64,000 nt of DNA. Origin: Callorhinchus milii (Eukaryota). The position numbers and the translations under genes are program-made. How positions within the stretch are numbered: the first letter of the stretch is position 1; every line of letters begins with the position of its first letter. Of the stretch, positions 50,649 through 62,927 are shown one piece after another. The notes below the pieces were generated by a model, which worked only from the letters and a program-made list of their open reading frames with translations, made no database searches and was not told the DNA's origin. The DNA is taken from contig NW_024704743.1 of assembly GCF_018977255.1 (NCBI RefSeq), positions 71,860,001 to 71,924,000 of the forward strand, read 5' to 3'.

Positions 50649-53600
50649 GTAAGTAAAATAAATGGGAGGTCATTAAATGAGGCTTTTATTGTGCATTTAT
50701 TTTCATCTGTATTGATTGATTGATATCAATCAGCCTGGTTCAGTGAGTTGCAATCAACTTTTTGAGTGAGAAGATTGTGGGTTCAAGCCCCACATTGGGT
50801 CTCTCAACTCGCAGCCAAGGCTGACACTTAGTTGGAGGTGCTGTGCTTCAGATGAGATGTTCAGCCTAGGTCCCATTTGAACAAGTGAGTTTCTCCCAGT
50901 GGCCTGACCCAGATAAAATGTGTCATTCACTTCATGGCTGTTTGTAGGACATTGCTGTGTACAGAATTGGCTGCTATATTTGGCTGCAAAGTACGCAGCC
51001 ACTGTATTTTACAGCCCTTTGAACCTGTTTCACAGTTTTCTTTCTGTCTTCATTTCTACTGTATCCAGTGACATGATTTAAAAACCTACTGCAGTAAGAG
51101 GCTAATTATTGTAAGCCCACCCCCCCTCCCCCAAGACCCTACTGAACCAGTTACTGAATAGGAGCTAGTTCGTTGTCCAAACACTATTTTCATTTCCTTT
51201 GGAGCAATGATCAATCTGAAATTGAACTGTCGAAAGCAATAGGATAGAAATTCATTATTTTAGTTTTCAAAAACATTTTATCTGAGTATTATTGCTTAAT
51301 TATCTTGCATCTCATATTGACTTTTGTTTCCTGATTCATCAAAGATAAAGATTCGTTCCTTCAATCCCTCTGTAAACTATGTACAATATGATCTATAGTG
51401 GACTCTATCCAACCCACCTGAAAAGAAAGGTTCTGTAAAGACTATCCTTGCATGTGCATGCATTCCAATGCCCTCTTTATTATTCTTAGACTGGCACAGA
51501 CATCTAGCTGTATTCCCTTCTGGGAATGTAGAAGTGCAAAATGACATTAATGCACTATTGTTATAAGGTGTATACAAATAGGGACTTGAGCTGGGGTGTA
51601 TCTGTTCAGGGTTAGTTTGACCTCATTATCCCTGCAGTAGCTGTGTAGCTTTCTAGCTCCTGATCTGCTAACTGTCTTTAGACAGATTGGTCAGGAACTA
51701 AGAGCACTGCCTCTGTTGCTGCTGTTTTCATTTGCCCTGTGACCATTAATAAGTGCTCCGAGACGTTGCTCCATATGGCGCTGGCCCACAGGGTGCTATA
51801 TAAATGCAAGTTGTTTTTATTGTTGTTGTAATAGGTAGTTTATTCACTGATCAATTAATATCAGAGATTTATTATACACAAATTTTAAATGTTGTTGCAT
51901 TTCCAATAACCTATAATTCCACTCGGTGATTAGTTGGAGAACAAGGTGGGAAGCTTGCCAGAAAGTGCTTTGAGTGTCAAGCTTTGGGGTTTAATCTGGT
52001 TAAGCTCCAGCAAACCCACTCTGGGGCTCTGAAGCCTTGACTCTTGTCAACCTGTGTCTAATACTCTCTGAATAAGCTAAGTAGAATGCATCCCTCCAGT
52101 GTACATTCTATTTCAAACATGGGAATTTCCATGTGTAGGTGGGATGCATGGAATTCTCAGTTTGGTTTGAATACTCTCTAAGCATGGTGATAGTTTTTGC
52201 TTGTGACAGACACCCGGCTGACACAACAAGGGCAATTACCTAGAGTATCTGAACCATTGGAGCCTGCTACAATCTCTGACCTGTGCTGAATTAACTGATG
52301 TAAGTTGAAAACTCATTGAAATTCAGGCTTTATCATGGAAAATGCTAGTCGCTGATATAATGTGCTATATTATAACCAGGTTGGAAAATTGTGTATTCAT
52401 CCTAAACGCCTCTTTATTTCTTGAGACCAACATGGTGAGCGTTTTACATTGTTTAAAAATAGTAATATCGGAAAATAGAGGTTTACACAGAGAGCTGCTG
52501 ATAAGTGGATGGTTTGTGTCAGTGTGTTTATCTGCCAGCACTTTATACTCGGGATAATAAGGTGCGTTGAATATTACTCTCCTGACGTAGTTTAATGCAG
52601 AACCTCCTGTGTTTGGATTTTCACAACCTTAAAGAGTTAAGCACAGTGGATAGCATCTGAATGTAATGTATTGGGGACCGACAAGGCTGCTGGCATCATT
52701 GAAAGCTGTTGGGACCAAGCCAAAGGGATCACAGGGTTTCCAGACTGATCTGCGAGAGCCTGGTAGGATTTCCATACAGCAGCACAAATGGCTAAAACGT
52801 TAAACATTAAATGCTGAATGTATTCTGACATCAAATCAAAAGCTGGAGCTCCATCCTTAGCATTGTCTGTATGAAAGAACTGGATTCAGCATCTGGATAA
52901 GGCTAGTCATATGTAGCTGGCATACGTATGTGGAAATCTGGTTTGGATACTCTTAATCATAGTGATGGACCTCTGCATCTGTCAGAGACCAAGATGATGG
53001 TAAAAAAAACTAGGCTGGTTATTAGAACCATGGGTTACCCTGTTTCTTCTGTTATTTTTGACACCACCATTTTCAGATACAAACCACAATACATTCTGGG
53101 TCTCTGACACACCCAGCCTGGTGCCCAAATTCATTCATCCTCCACCAGAGGGCACTGGAAAGTGATCAGGAGAGAGAACACTGTCCAATTTATTGCCCCC
53201 CCAACCCCCACGCTGTTGCAAATTAATAATTTTCCTTTCAATGAGTACAGTACAAGCCTCACATTAATGCATCTGACTGTCCTGTTGGAATCAGCTGGAC
53301 TCTCGAGTCAGTTTAACCTGTTGCTGGCGTGACTGAGATCCACTGATACAGCACAGACTGGGTGAACAAACTGGCTGAAATGCTGGAGGAGCTCATAGAA
53401 ATATTTAGATGTTGTTAGGGTTTGGCCTTCCTGTTGCAATCAACTTTGGATTATTTCAATGGAATTTCCCTGCGTTTTATACACTTAGGTTCCAGAAAGG
53501 CAGATGCCAACAGGAGGATGTTTCAAATAAAATTGGGCCCCTCTTGTCATATGATGCAGAGTTCATTTGTTTTGTAGCATGTGATGCCTCAGTCCTGCAT

Positions 53601-53788
53601 TAATGCAGGCAGTTAGTGTGAGCTCATGCAGGGCATAGTAAAAGATAAACTGGTGGATGTGAGAACTGGGCATAATGCCTATTGTGCACTTCACTGAAAT
53701 ATGTAATTTGTCCAGATTGTCTGTGAGGTGCTGGAGCCTCAAACAGATAAATCGCACCAAGTCTGCCTTTTATCTGGAGAACAGACAT

Positions 53789-54102
53789 AATACTAATCCT
53801 TGCATTTGATATAGCGCTTTTCACGTCTTCTAGACATCCCAAAGCGCTTCACAGAATATACTGTAAAGTGAATTGACTGTATATGTGTGGGCGAACGCTG
53901 CAGTCAATTGCGCACAGCAGTGTCCCACAAACAGTCATGGATTGAAAATTACCAATTTATTATTGGGTTTTTTTTTCTTTTGGAGGGATTGTTAGGCGTG
54001 TGGAGTATGGAAACTTGCCCAAGGTTTCGCCCTGCCTGGAATTGAACGCGGGTCTCTCACTTGCAAAGCGAGTGCTCTAACCACTGAGCTACAGGACTCC
54101 AC
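53789..54102 (-). mobile_element. tRNA-derived Deu-SINE, full-length
   Basis: Reverse-complement match from head GTGGAGTCCTGTAGCTCAG to tail. Confidence 0.92.
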
Positions 54103-54510
54103 ATTATGTACACTGACAGCCCTCCTCCCCATCCGTCCCTTTTGTTTAAAACAAAACTGTACAAAAGAAAATAGTGTCTGGCAGCAGATTGCATAGAAAT
54201 TATCAAAGGGAAATGTTGACTCTTAAATTACTGTGAGCCAAAAGCAAATGCTGGAAATTCACAGCCCATCAATCAGCAGTTAGCATTTTGGCCGATGGCT
54301 TTATTTAGAACTGGTTCCTGTTTCATTCTCATGCTGTTTGCCCATCTATGGATTTCCATGATTTTCCAATTTAGTTTTTTTTTGTGAGTTCCTTTGAGTA
54401 ATTTCAGTGTGATGTGCCCTCCCATTGCGCCTCGTCTATAAAATTTATTTATAGGAGTTATCAGCTTCCTTTCCTTAGGATGAACAATCTTGTATTTGGA
54501 TGCTGAAGAC

Positions 54511-55005
54511 TAGAATCATAGAATTATACAGCACAGAAGGAGGACATTCGGCCCATCGTGTCTGTGCCGGCTCTTTGAAAAGAGCTATCCAAATCAATCC
54601 CACTCCCCCGCTCTCTCCCCATAGCCCTGCAAACTTGGCCTCCGCAAATAATTATCTACTTCTCTCTTAACAGTTGTTATCGAATCGACTTCTACCACCC
54701 TTTAAGGAAATGCATTCCAGTTCCAAACAACACGCTGTGTGAAAACATTTTTCCTCACCTCCCCTCTGTTTCTTTTGACAACTATTTTAAATTGGTGTCC
54801 TCAAGTTACCGACCCACCCGCCAGTGGAAATAGTTTCTCCTTGTTCAGCCTATTGAATCCCCTCATGATTTTGAAAACTTTTATTAAGTCTCCTCTTAAC
54901 CTTCTCTGCTCCAAGGAGAATAATCCTAGTTTCTCTAGCCTCTCCTGATAACTGAAGTCCCTCATTCCTGGTACCATCCTGGTAAATCTCCTTTGCACCC
55001 TCACC
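54511..55005 (-). mobile_element. CR1 LINE 3' fragment
   Basis: RVQRRFTRMVPGMR...RRLRGDLIKVFKI; ATTCTATGATTCTA tail. Confidence 0.92.
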
Positions 55006-55699
55006 AATGCCAGCAGTGAATTACAATTATAATTAATCCTTGCATTTGATATACTACAGTGCCTTTCACGTCAAGAGGATGTTTCAAAGCACTTCACCAG
55101 ACTGACTGTGAATTTTGTAGGCAAGCACGGGAACCAGTCTGCACACAACACAAAGAGCCATGAACTGAATGATCAGTTTTATCTGAGGTTTGTTGCCGAG
55201 GACACGGGAGAAACACCCCTCTTTTTTCAAGTAGGATTGTAATACACAGTCATTGCCTGTTAGAATATATCTTTGAAGCATTTTGAGATGTCCTTCTGTT
55301 GTGAACGGCTCTATATCAAATGCAAGGAATATTATAATAAATACGCAGTCACTACACTTTTACAGAAGTCTGTGTGAAGCACTTAAAATATTTCAACATG
55401 CTGAGTTGAGTCATTGTATCAACTGCAAATATTATTATTGAAGGCTTAACTGGATTTGTGGAATTTTTGATGCATGGAAACTCTGCTAGCGTCAACGGTG
55501 GAAGGGAGTGACTTAATTTGTTCTAAAAGGTCAATAGTGAAGCGTTTACAAGGCAGTAATTCACTCAACACATAGACTTTTTGTTCACCTACAAATAAAA
55601 TGTATTTTTTTAAAAAATACTCATGAATAACCTTTATTCCATGTCTTACTCTGAAGTATTAACAATCCCCAAATAAAATTGGTCTTTCACTCATGGCTG

Positions 55700-56488
55700 T
55701 TTTTTGGGGGGGAATCAGCTGTTCATCTGAAACATGCGGAAACCCATCACCATATTTAAGAGTATCCAAACTAAGCTGATATTTTCATGCATCTCACCTA
55801 CACTTGGAAATTCTAAAGATAGATTGTAGGAATGGATTACGCGCTCTCTCCCCAGAGGGATGCATGCTGCTTACCTAATTCCGGAAAGTATTAGGCGCAA
55901 ATTGGCAAGACCCAAGGCTTGGGGATCGTATGGTGTGCATTGGGGTACTGCTGGAGTTTAACCAGCTAAAACCGCATAGCTTGCCTTTGTTAACATTGTC
56001 TGGCAAGCTTTCCCCTCTGCTTGTCCACCTAGGACCACTCTACCCATTAGGGCTTCAGCTTGCAGGGTCAGCAGGAGCTGAGTGGAAGGATTCCCTGCAT
56101 CCAGTGACTGGTCTGCCCTTCCAAGTCTTGCCGATGAGCCAGGTTGGCTGTGCCCTGGAATGCTGCAGACCCGTTTGGCTCAGGAACTGGACTATCGAGC
56201 CTGCCCCCGAGGCCTGGCTTGATTCTGACATTCCACTGTCAAACTGGCCACCTTGGAGTCAACTCAGCTCCACGTAGACCCCGCTTACCTCCCCCCACCC
56301 TCCCAAGGAGGACAGTTACTAGTTGGTTATTTGAGATCTGACAAGCTTGGGTTTGAGCCCTCACTAGGGTGGATGGTATGTACTAGGAATTACCTGCAGC
56401 TTCCTGGTGGGCAACAAAGCTCAGCATGAAATGCATGGGAGTATTGCCACCATCTTCCTGTCCACAACTCGAGAACATGTCCATATAA
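55700..56488 (-). mobile_element. Unclassified A-tailed retroposon, longest clear copy
   Basis: Collinear with the copies at 17215-17512, 37624-38100 and 59230-59590; interrupts a Deu-SINE. Confidence 0.72.
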
Positions 56489-58579
56489 CTGTGAGACATT
56501 GCTGCGAGCAAACTGGCTGCTGTGTTCATCTACAAAATATAGTCAGTACACTTTACAGTAATTTCTACGAATTGCTTTGAGATACTTCAATTTGATAAGA
56601 TACTACATCAAACACAATGATTATACTACTCAAAATGGTGACATTTCCGGGAAAATATGATGGTCTCAGTCACAAAAGCAGATATACATCATTAACGCTT
56701 TGGAAAGAAATAGATTGCTATGTTTATGTTTCCTTTGGTTTTACTGAGAAAACCTGTTTGAAGGTTAAAGGCCTGTGGGGAGGAACAGAAACACATTTAA
56801 AGTGCTCCGGAACGCTATCCCGTGTGATGGGTCCTATATAAATGCAAGTTATTGTTGTTCTGCAGTTATGCTTCAGTCTTTTTTCTTCTATTGTCAGCAC
56901 ACGTTTTCCAGCGCCTTGGGATGTCCTCCTGACATGAAAGGCGCTATACAAATGTAATTTTGTTGTTGTTGAAAGATAAAGTGAACTGAGAAGCAATGGT
57001 TAGATGATAACATGCTTAGGTCTTAAAAACCCGATTGTAAGCTAGCTTCCAGTGCCTTATCCTGTCATAACATCTGAAAATCACTTTACAGGAATCATCA
57101 TCAAATGTACTATTTAGGAAAACTAAGCAACCTTTTTTACGTGGCAAAATTCTGCAAAGAGTCATGAAATGATTACAAATCAATATTGAGGTTTCGTTAC
57201 CAAGAGAACCATTTCTCTTTTGAATAGTGTCATAAGATCTTTAATGTCCATGTGAAGAACAGGAAGAGGGTTCAGTGTCTCACCCACTTTGACAGCATCC
57301 CCTCCCCTGCACTGGAATGGCAGTCTACATTATAATAAAAATGCTTGATTTGGTATAGGTGCCTTTCATGTCAGGAAGATATCTCAAAGTGCTTCACAGG
57401 ATGTACAATAAAGTGACTGTATTTTGTAGGTGAATGTGTCAGCCTATTTGCATACAACAGTTTCCCACAAACAGCCATGAATTAAATGCCCAATTTTTGA
57501 TTTTATTCCTGGTTCTGTTACATTATCCAATATTCCAGTGTTCCTTATTTTATAGAAAAATGTAACATGTGTTTTAGAAGTTTGTGCAAGGTGGGTGTAT
57601 GCTGAGTGAATCTGATGCATTGTTTCCCTTTTAAGAAGGTTGCAATGCCTTTTGCCTTTTGCCTCGTTGAATGACAGTAATCATTAGATCAACTTGCATT
57701 GCTCTCTTGAAAACTATAGTTTGCAGCCTGCTTCCGTTGGAGTCTTTATCTTGCTTCCTTGATGTGTCCAAGTTGGGTTTGGAATCTGTTCTATTGAAGA
57801 AGTGTATGTTTGAATCAGAAAGTCAGTTTTCTGCAATAAGTTGGTTAATGATTGGAGTTTGCTCTTATTATTGGGTTTGGTTTGCTGTGTCCTTCCTTCT
57901 TCAGTGCAGATGCGGTTCCTTAAAAACACAGCTATTGATATGTTTTAATTGCCATTTGTATTTACATATTTCTTTTTGAACTTAGAATTAAGTTAGAATT
58001 AAAATCAACAATTTACATTTATAAAGCATTTTTCACATTGGGAGGACATCTCAAAGCACTTTACAAGGCTGATTGGGAGCCTGAGCTGAGGAAGGGGTTG
58101 GTGTGGGGAGAAGAGAAGATAGCTGAAAGCGCAGTTGAAAAGATGGGACTTAAGGCAGGCTTTAAATGTGGGGTGATAGGGGGCAAGGGGCTCCGGGCTG
58201 GCATTTCATAAGCGGAAGCAGAATGGCTGACAGTTTGGCCACCGATGGTGAGGCGGATTGAATGGAAGACTCAAAGCGGGCCTGTGTTTACTGAGCAGCT
58301 GGGTTAGTAGGGTTGCAGGTGAAGCATTTTGATATTTATGGGCTCTACGTCATTTGAAATGATTATTAAGGTACTATAAAAATAAACTTAGAAGTAAACT
58401 ACAAACAGGAAAACTGAAAAACTTTGATTAATCAACGACTTGTGTTTTAGCACCTTTCACGTCAGATGAAAATGTCAAAGCACTCAAGTGTTATAAAATT
58501 ACAATGTGGATTTACAATGTTGATTGGAATTTTATAAATTGAAGTTATTATCTTGTCTTCAATAAGATGATATCTGGAA

Positions 58580-58895
58580 TTGGATTCGATTCACGGGCAG
58601 GGCAAAACATTGGGCAAGTTTCCTTATTCCACACACTTCCGTTTACCAAGCCGTAAGTAGGTACCTGTTTATTAGTCAATTGGCGGATCACTTTTCCGAG
58701 AGGAGGTAATACCTTCAAAAATAAATAAAAATAACTTGGTCACTTAATCCACGACACTGCTGTGCCCAATTGGCTGCTGCGTTTCACCCACAAAATATAT
58801 AGTCACTACATTTTTACAGTATAGCCTGTGAAGCGCTTTGAGACGTCTCAAAGAGGTAATAAGGCGCTGTATCCAATGCAAGGATTATTATTATT
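58580..58895 (+). mobile_element. Long-subfamily Deu-SINE
   Basis: B box, GTTTACC...GTAGGTACC segment, Deu core and tail. Confidence 0.82.
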
Positions 58896-61111
58896 TATAT
58901 GATTTTTACAAAATTCAACCTGTTGATAACTGTAAAGCACAAATAGAATATTTAACAGCTTATCCAGAAACTATTTACTCTGCTAGTCTGAAGGCCAGGA
59001 GCCTGTTGGAAGATCCTGTTTGATACTTCATTGTAATTCACATCAACATCAATTGATAATCACGAGTTGGTCTGCCAGACTGAAATGTAAAAGTACATTG
59101 AGGACGATGGTTCTAAAGTCCAGTTGATATCACTTAAGATATTAACTGTCTCAATGGTTTTAATTGTTCCCATTGGTCCACTCAACCCTTTGAAAGTTAG
59201 GTTCAGAATGTAATTCCATGTCTGTCACCTGGGGGCAGGGAGTCATCCCACTCAGCTCCTGTTAACCCTGCAAGCCAAAGCCCTAACGGTTAGGGTGGTC
59301 CTAGCTGGACAAAGAGTGGGAAGCTTGCCAGAAAGCGTCAGCAATGGCAGGCTATGTGGTTTTAGCTGATTAGATTCCAGCAGTACCCCAACACATACAC
59401 TGGGGTCCCCAAGCCTTGGGTCTTCCTAATACTTTCCGGAATCCAGAGAGACAGTGCCTATTCCATTCCAACAATCTATCTCTGGGATTTCCATGTGTAG
59501 GTGGGATATATGGAATTCTCAGTTTGGTTTAGATACTCTTAAGCATGGTGATGGGTTTCTGGTTTCTGCATGTGTCAGATACACCGGCTTCCTCCCCCCC
59601 ACCTCTAAAATATTTTGAGTTAACCGACGATGCAGGAGGCTGGACTCTGGTTCTTCTCTATTCATGAGGGATTACACGAGAATCTCAGCTTCTCTTTAAA
59701 TCAGGCAGCTATCAAGTTAGCTTGTGGTGATCACCCGTTCGTCTTCTTTGCGACCACGACGAGGTTTCAGTGCCTCTGCTCCTGTGGTTGTGCATCACTG
59801 TTTCCTTTTGATGCACTGAACTGCATCTCTTCACCCACCAGTTCACAATCAGTGAATGGTGTTTTACAATTCTATTAGTAAAATATTCTAATATTTCTCA
59901 CTTCCTTTTTCCCTCCCCCATAACTCAAATCAAATGGAACTAGAAAGGAAAAAAGATTATTTGCGTCTTGTTGTTAAGTAGGCTAAAGTAACTTCACTTG
60001 GTGGGTGTGAGTGAAGATCAAGTGCATTCTTTACTATATTTTATGTGCGGAAATACGGCAGAAATTAAGACCTGCAGATCGTCTGTCACTGTTTTCTGTT
60101 GTTCAGTATCTCAATGACCATTAACTGCGCTCACTCAGGAGGGAGAACTTCAGATTCTGCAGATGGGCCATTGTTGTCCTTCACTCATTTACTGACCAGC
60201 TTTGAGGCTGATGACAACTGTCAGCAACTTGACTTTTGGGGAAAATAGATGTCTTTGTCGTAGCTTAGTGGTCAGAACACTTGCCTCGCAAGCGAGAGGA
60301 CCTGGGTTCGTTTCCCAGCAGGGTGAGACATTGGGACTCCATATAATAGCAGCGTAAAGCAACAAGCCTTGGGAAATTCTGTGCCTAGACATCATCGGAT
60401 CTTCCAACAACAACCTGCATTTACATAATGCTCTTCACACAGGGTAGTGTCTCGGAGCACTGAACAATTACCTAATTTGAGCCAGGGAGAAAGGTAAGGT
60501 GACTATAGACAAAGGTCAGAGAGACTACAGGTGTGATCTGAAGATGGGCAAAGAGAAGGAAAAGCGGAGGGATTGAGGCAGAGAGTTCCAGAGGTTTCAG
60601 GTGTAGTGACTGAAGGCACATTCGCTAGTGGTGGAGCGGAGAGTTTGAAGGACCTGCAAGGGACAGGTAGAAGAATAGTGTGAGCAGGTTGGAGAGGTAG
60701 GGAAGTGCTAGGATATGAAATGATTTGTAGGCAAGTGTGAAGATCTTGAAATTGAATCATTCTGTGACAGCGATTGTTGTGATGGGAATTATCAAATGTA
60801 CATATAAGGAAATGTGACAATTGCCCTGGCTCTACTACTAATAACATCAAATCTGTTAGGGCCTGTATCGTATGTTACAGTAAAATTGTGAAACCAGAAA
60901 TTTTGGAAAATCCCTAAAATTTTCAGTAAAATTATGAAAATATGAAATCACTGAAATTAGGAGTCAGGGATTTTGTGAAAAAATTGTCATTTCATCATAT
61001 TTATAACATTGCCTTGACACTTGTTAGATTACCAACAAATAAATAACACATTATGAAAATTAATTTTATTCACTATAAACTTCATGTGACATTTCATTCA
61101 AAGTCACATGT

Positions 61112-61572
61112 TCATTTGTTGACACAAGTGAGGCTTCCATGACACTGGGAGTTACGTTTTAGCTTTGTTTTGAAACATTTACAACGGTTGGTCTGAGGTT
61201 TCTTCTGATCGCAGTTACACTTCGTAAAGCCTTGTCCAAACAGAGACTGCTTTCTTCTGGTTGACACAGGAAACTTGAATAACTCTAGCACTTTGTTTAG
61301 GATGTGGGCGTTGTAGCTCTTTAATCATGCGATCACTCCCCTGCTTTTCCATCCTCTCTCCCTGTGCTGTTTTTGCAGCAGCTCTTTACTTTCTGAGCTG
61401 ATCAACGCAAATACACCAACATCCTGACCAAAGCGCTAAAATTATTCAAGCCTCCTGTATCAACCAGAAGTTAGTGTCACTCTGTGAAGCTGTAATTGAA
61501 CAGTCTGTCTGTGCCGGAAAAGGCTTTACGAAGTGTAACTGCAGTCAGAAGAAATGTCACACCAACCGTTAT
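61112..61572. mobile_element. Two inverted relics of a Ginger2/KRBA2-SCAND3-like transposase C-terminus
   Basis: Minus 61249-61112 reads QSLFGQGFTKCNCDQKKPQTNRCKCFKTKLKRNSQCHGSLTCVNK*. Plus 61465-61575 reads QKLVSLCEAVIEQSVCAGKGFTKCNCSQKKCHTNRY. Confidence 0.72.
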
Positions 61573-61673
61573 GAGCTATGATCATAGAACGCTTTGAGCT
61601 GTGAAGAAACAATGAATATTCAGCAGACATGTATGAGGGCCTGGAATTCACACACTCTCTTGTTTTTTTTCAG

Positions 61674-61772
61674 GACTTTTTCTATACTGCTCTGATCGCA
61701 TTGCTTTTTCTGCTCGCCTCGATTGTGTTTGCGGCCTTAAATGATGGGACTGGTCTGGAGCAAGCTTCAGTG
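61674..61772 (+). CDS. CMTM6: CMTM6 coding exon 3
   Basis: tttcag|GACTTT...TCAGTG|gtaagt; 99 nt; DFFYTALIALLFLLASIVFAALNDGTGLEQASV. Confidence 0.95.
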
Positions 61773-62765
61773 GTAAGTTATTTAAAATGTTGTCATTCAT
61801 CACCTTTCTCCACCATCCTCTTCTCGCCCAGTTGAAGGTATTGACTGTTGGTATGTCTCTATGAGAACTACAATCTTTAGTTCTTTGCCTAAATGCCATT
61901 CTTTGTGAGTGTATACATATCTGATAGCAACGGGGAATAGGAGGCCTAGCTGATCTTTCCCAGCGCAAAGGATACTAAGATCAATTACAGTGCTCTATCC
62001 CTATTTTAGCTGAGCTTGGTTCAGGCATTTACTGGTATGTATGGCTTTGTACTTCAGCGCATGGTGTATAGGTCATTGAGGTGGCTCTGCTGATAAAATA
62101 TCGTAATAATACTATTATTAGAATCATTGTTCAACTTTTTTTAATATAATTTTCTCCCCACTGGCACATGCTCTGTGCTCCTGATCTGGCCTCCTCTTGC
62201 TGATGTGCAGTTCCACAGGCGCTGGTTGTTCTCTGGTCCCCACCCAGGTGGCCATTATTTGTGTATGAGTGTCAGCAGGTTACTCCACTACAGAGGGCAT
62301 TGCAACCGAGCCTGACCTCTCATCACTTGGCTGTGCCACGTATCACAGACAGTAGGGGTGCTGAAAAGGGACCAGGTTGACTTTAACCTTCCTTACCCTG
62401 GGAAGGCTGGGGCCAATGTAAACTGCCTATGGAGCTCTCGCTGAGATCATCATACCTGAAATAGTGACCTCCTGGTCTATAAGTTACTACTCTATCCCCT
62501 AAACAATCGGGGTTGTCCCATTTAGAAAGGTTTTGAAGCCAGAGAGGTTTAGAGAGTGCAGGTCTGGTGTCAACAGCAGCATCAGTATTTTTTTCTGTTC
62601 TTCCTATTTGATTGTTTCAGGATAGAAGTGAGTTCCCATGAACTGGAGAGCTAGTTTGCTGCCACATGGCTATAATCAAACTGCCATGAAATTGCTTCCC
62701 TTTTCTCTCTGTAACCTGTTTGCAATCTTCTTCCCATTTACTTTGTTGTTATTCCTGTCTCCTAG

Positions 62766-62927
62766 GCATTTGGATTTCTGGCCACCATTGCCTTCATTGT
62801 AGATACTGTGTTGCAATATAAGGAAAGAAATATATTCTTCAAGCAAAAGGAAGCCGATCCCCAAAAGAGTGGAGAAGCAGCAAAACCGCCAGAGAGTGAG
62901 CCACTGAATGAAAACCCAAGTGCTTGA
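62766..62927 (+). CDS. CMTM6: CMTM6 terminal coding exon
   Basis: tcctag|GCATTT...TGA; AFGFLATIAFIVDTVLQYKERNIFFKQKEADPQKSGEAAKPPESEPLNENPSA*. Confidence 0.94.
   Translation, partial: AFGFLATIAFIVDTVLQYKERNIFFKQKEADPQKSGEAAKPPESEPLNENPSA

Larger units (their letters stand above)
33712..62927 (+). other. CMTM6: CMTM6 gene span (MARVEL transmembrane domain protein), 4 coding exons, 192 aa
   Basis: Four phase-0 exons (141+177+99+162 nt). Motifs ENG..VY..TTE, LYFFEFVSCSAFLL, FLLASIVF, FGFLAT and EPLN match recalled CMTM6. Synteny with DYNC1LI1. Confidence 0.92.

Noticed and set aside
60853..61008. Possible TGTTA...TAACA transposon termini near the transposase relics
   Set aside because: The match is only 5 bp and no TSD is evident.
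295..62927. Alternative identity as the DYNC1LI2-CMTM4 paralogous pair
   Set aside because: KFVHEKEI, KKMDPN and TEDEAS* fit LIC1, and LYFFEFVSCSAFLL with ENG..VY..TTE and EPLN fits CMTM6 better (recalled comparison).
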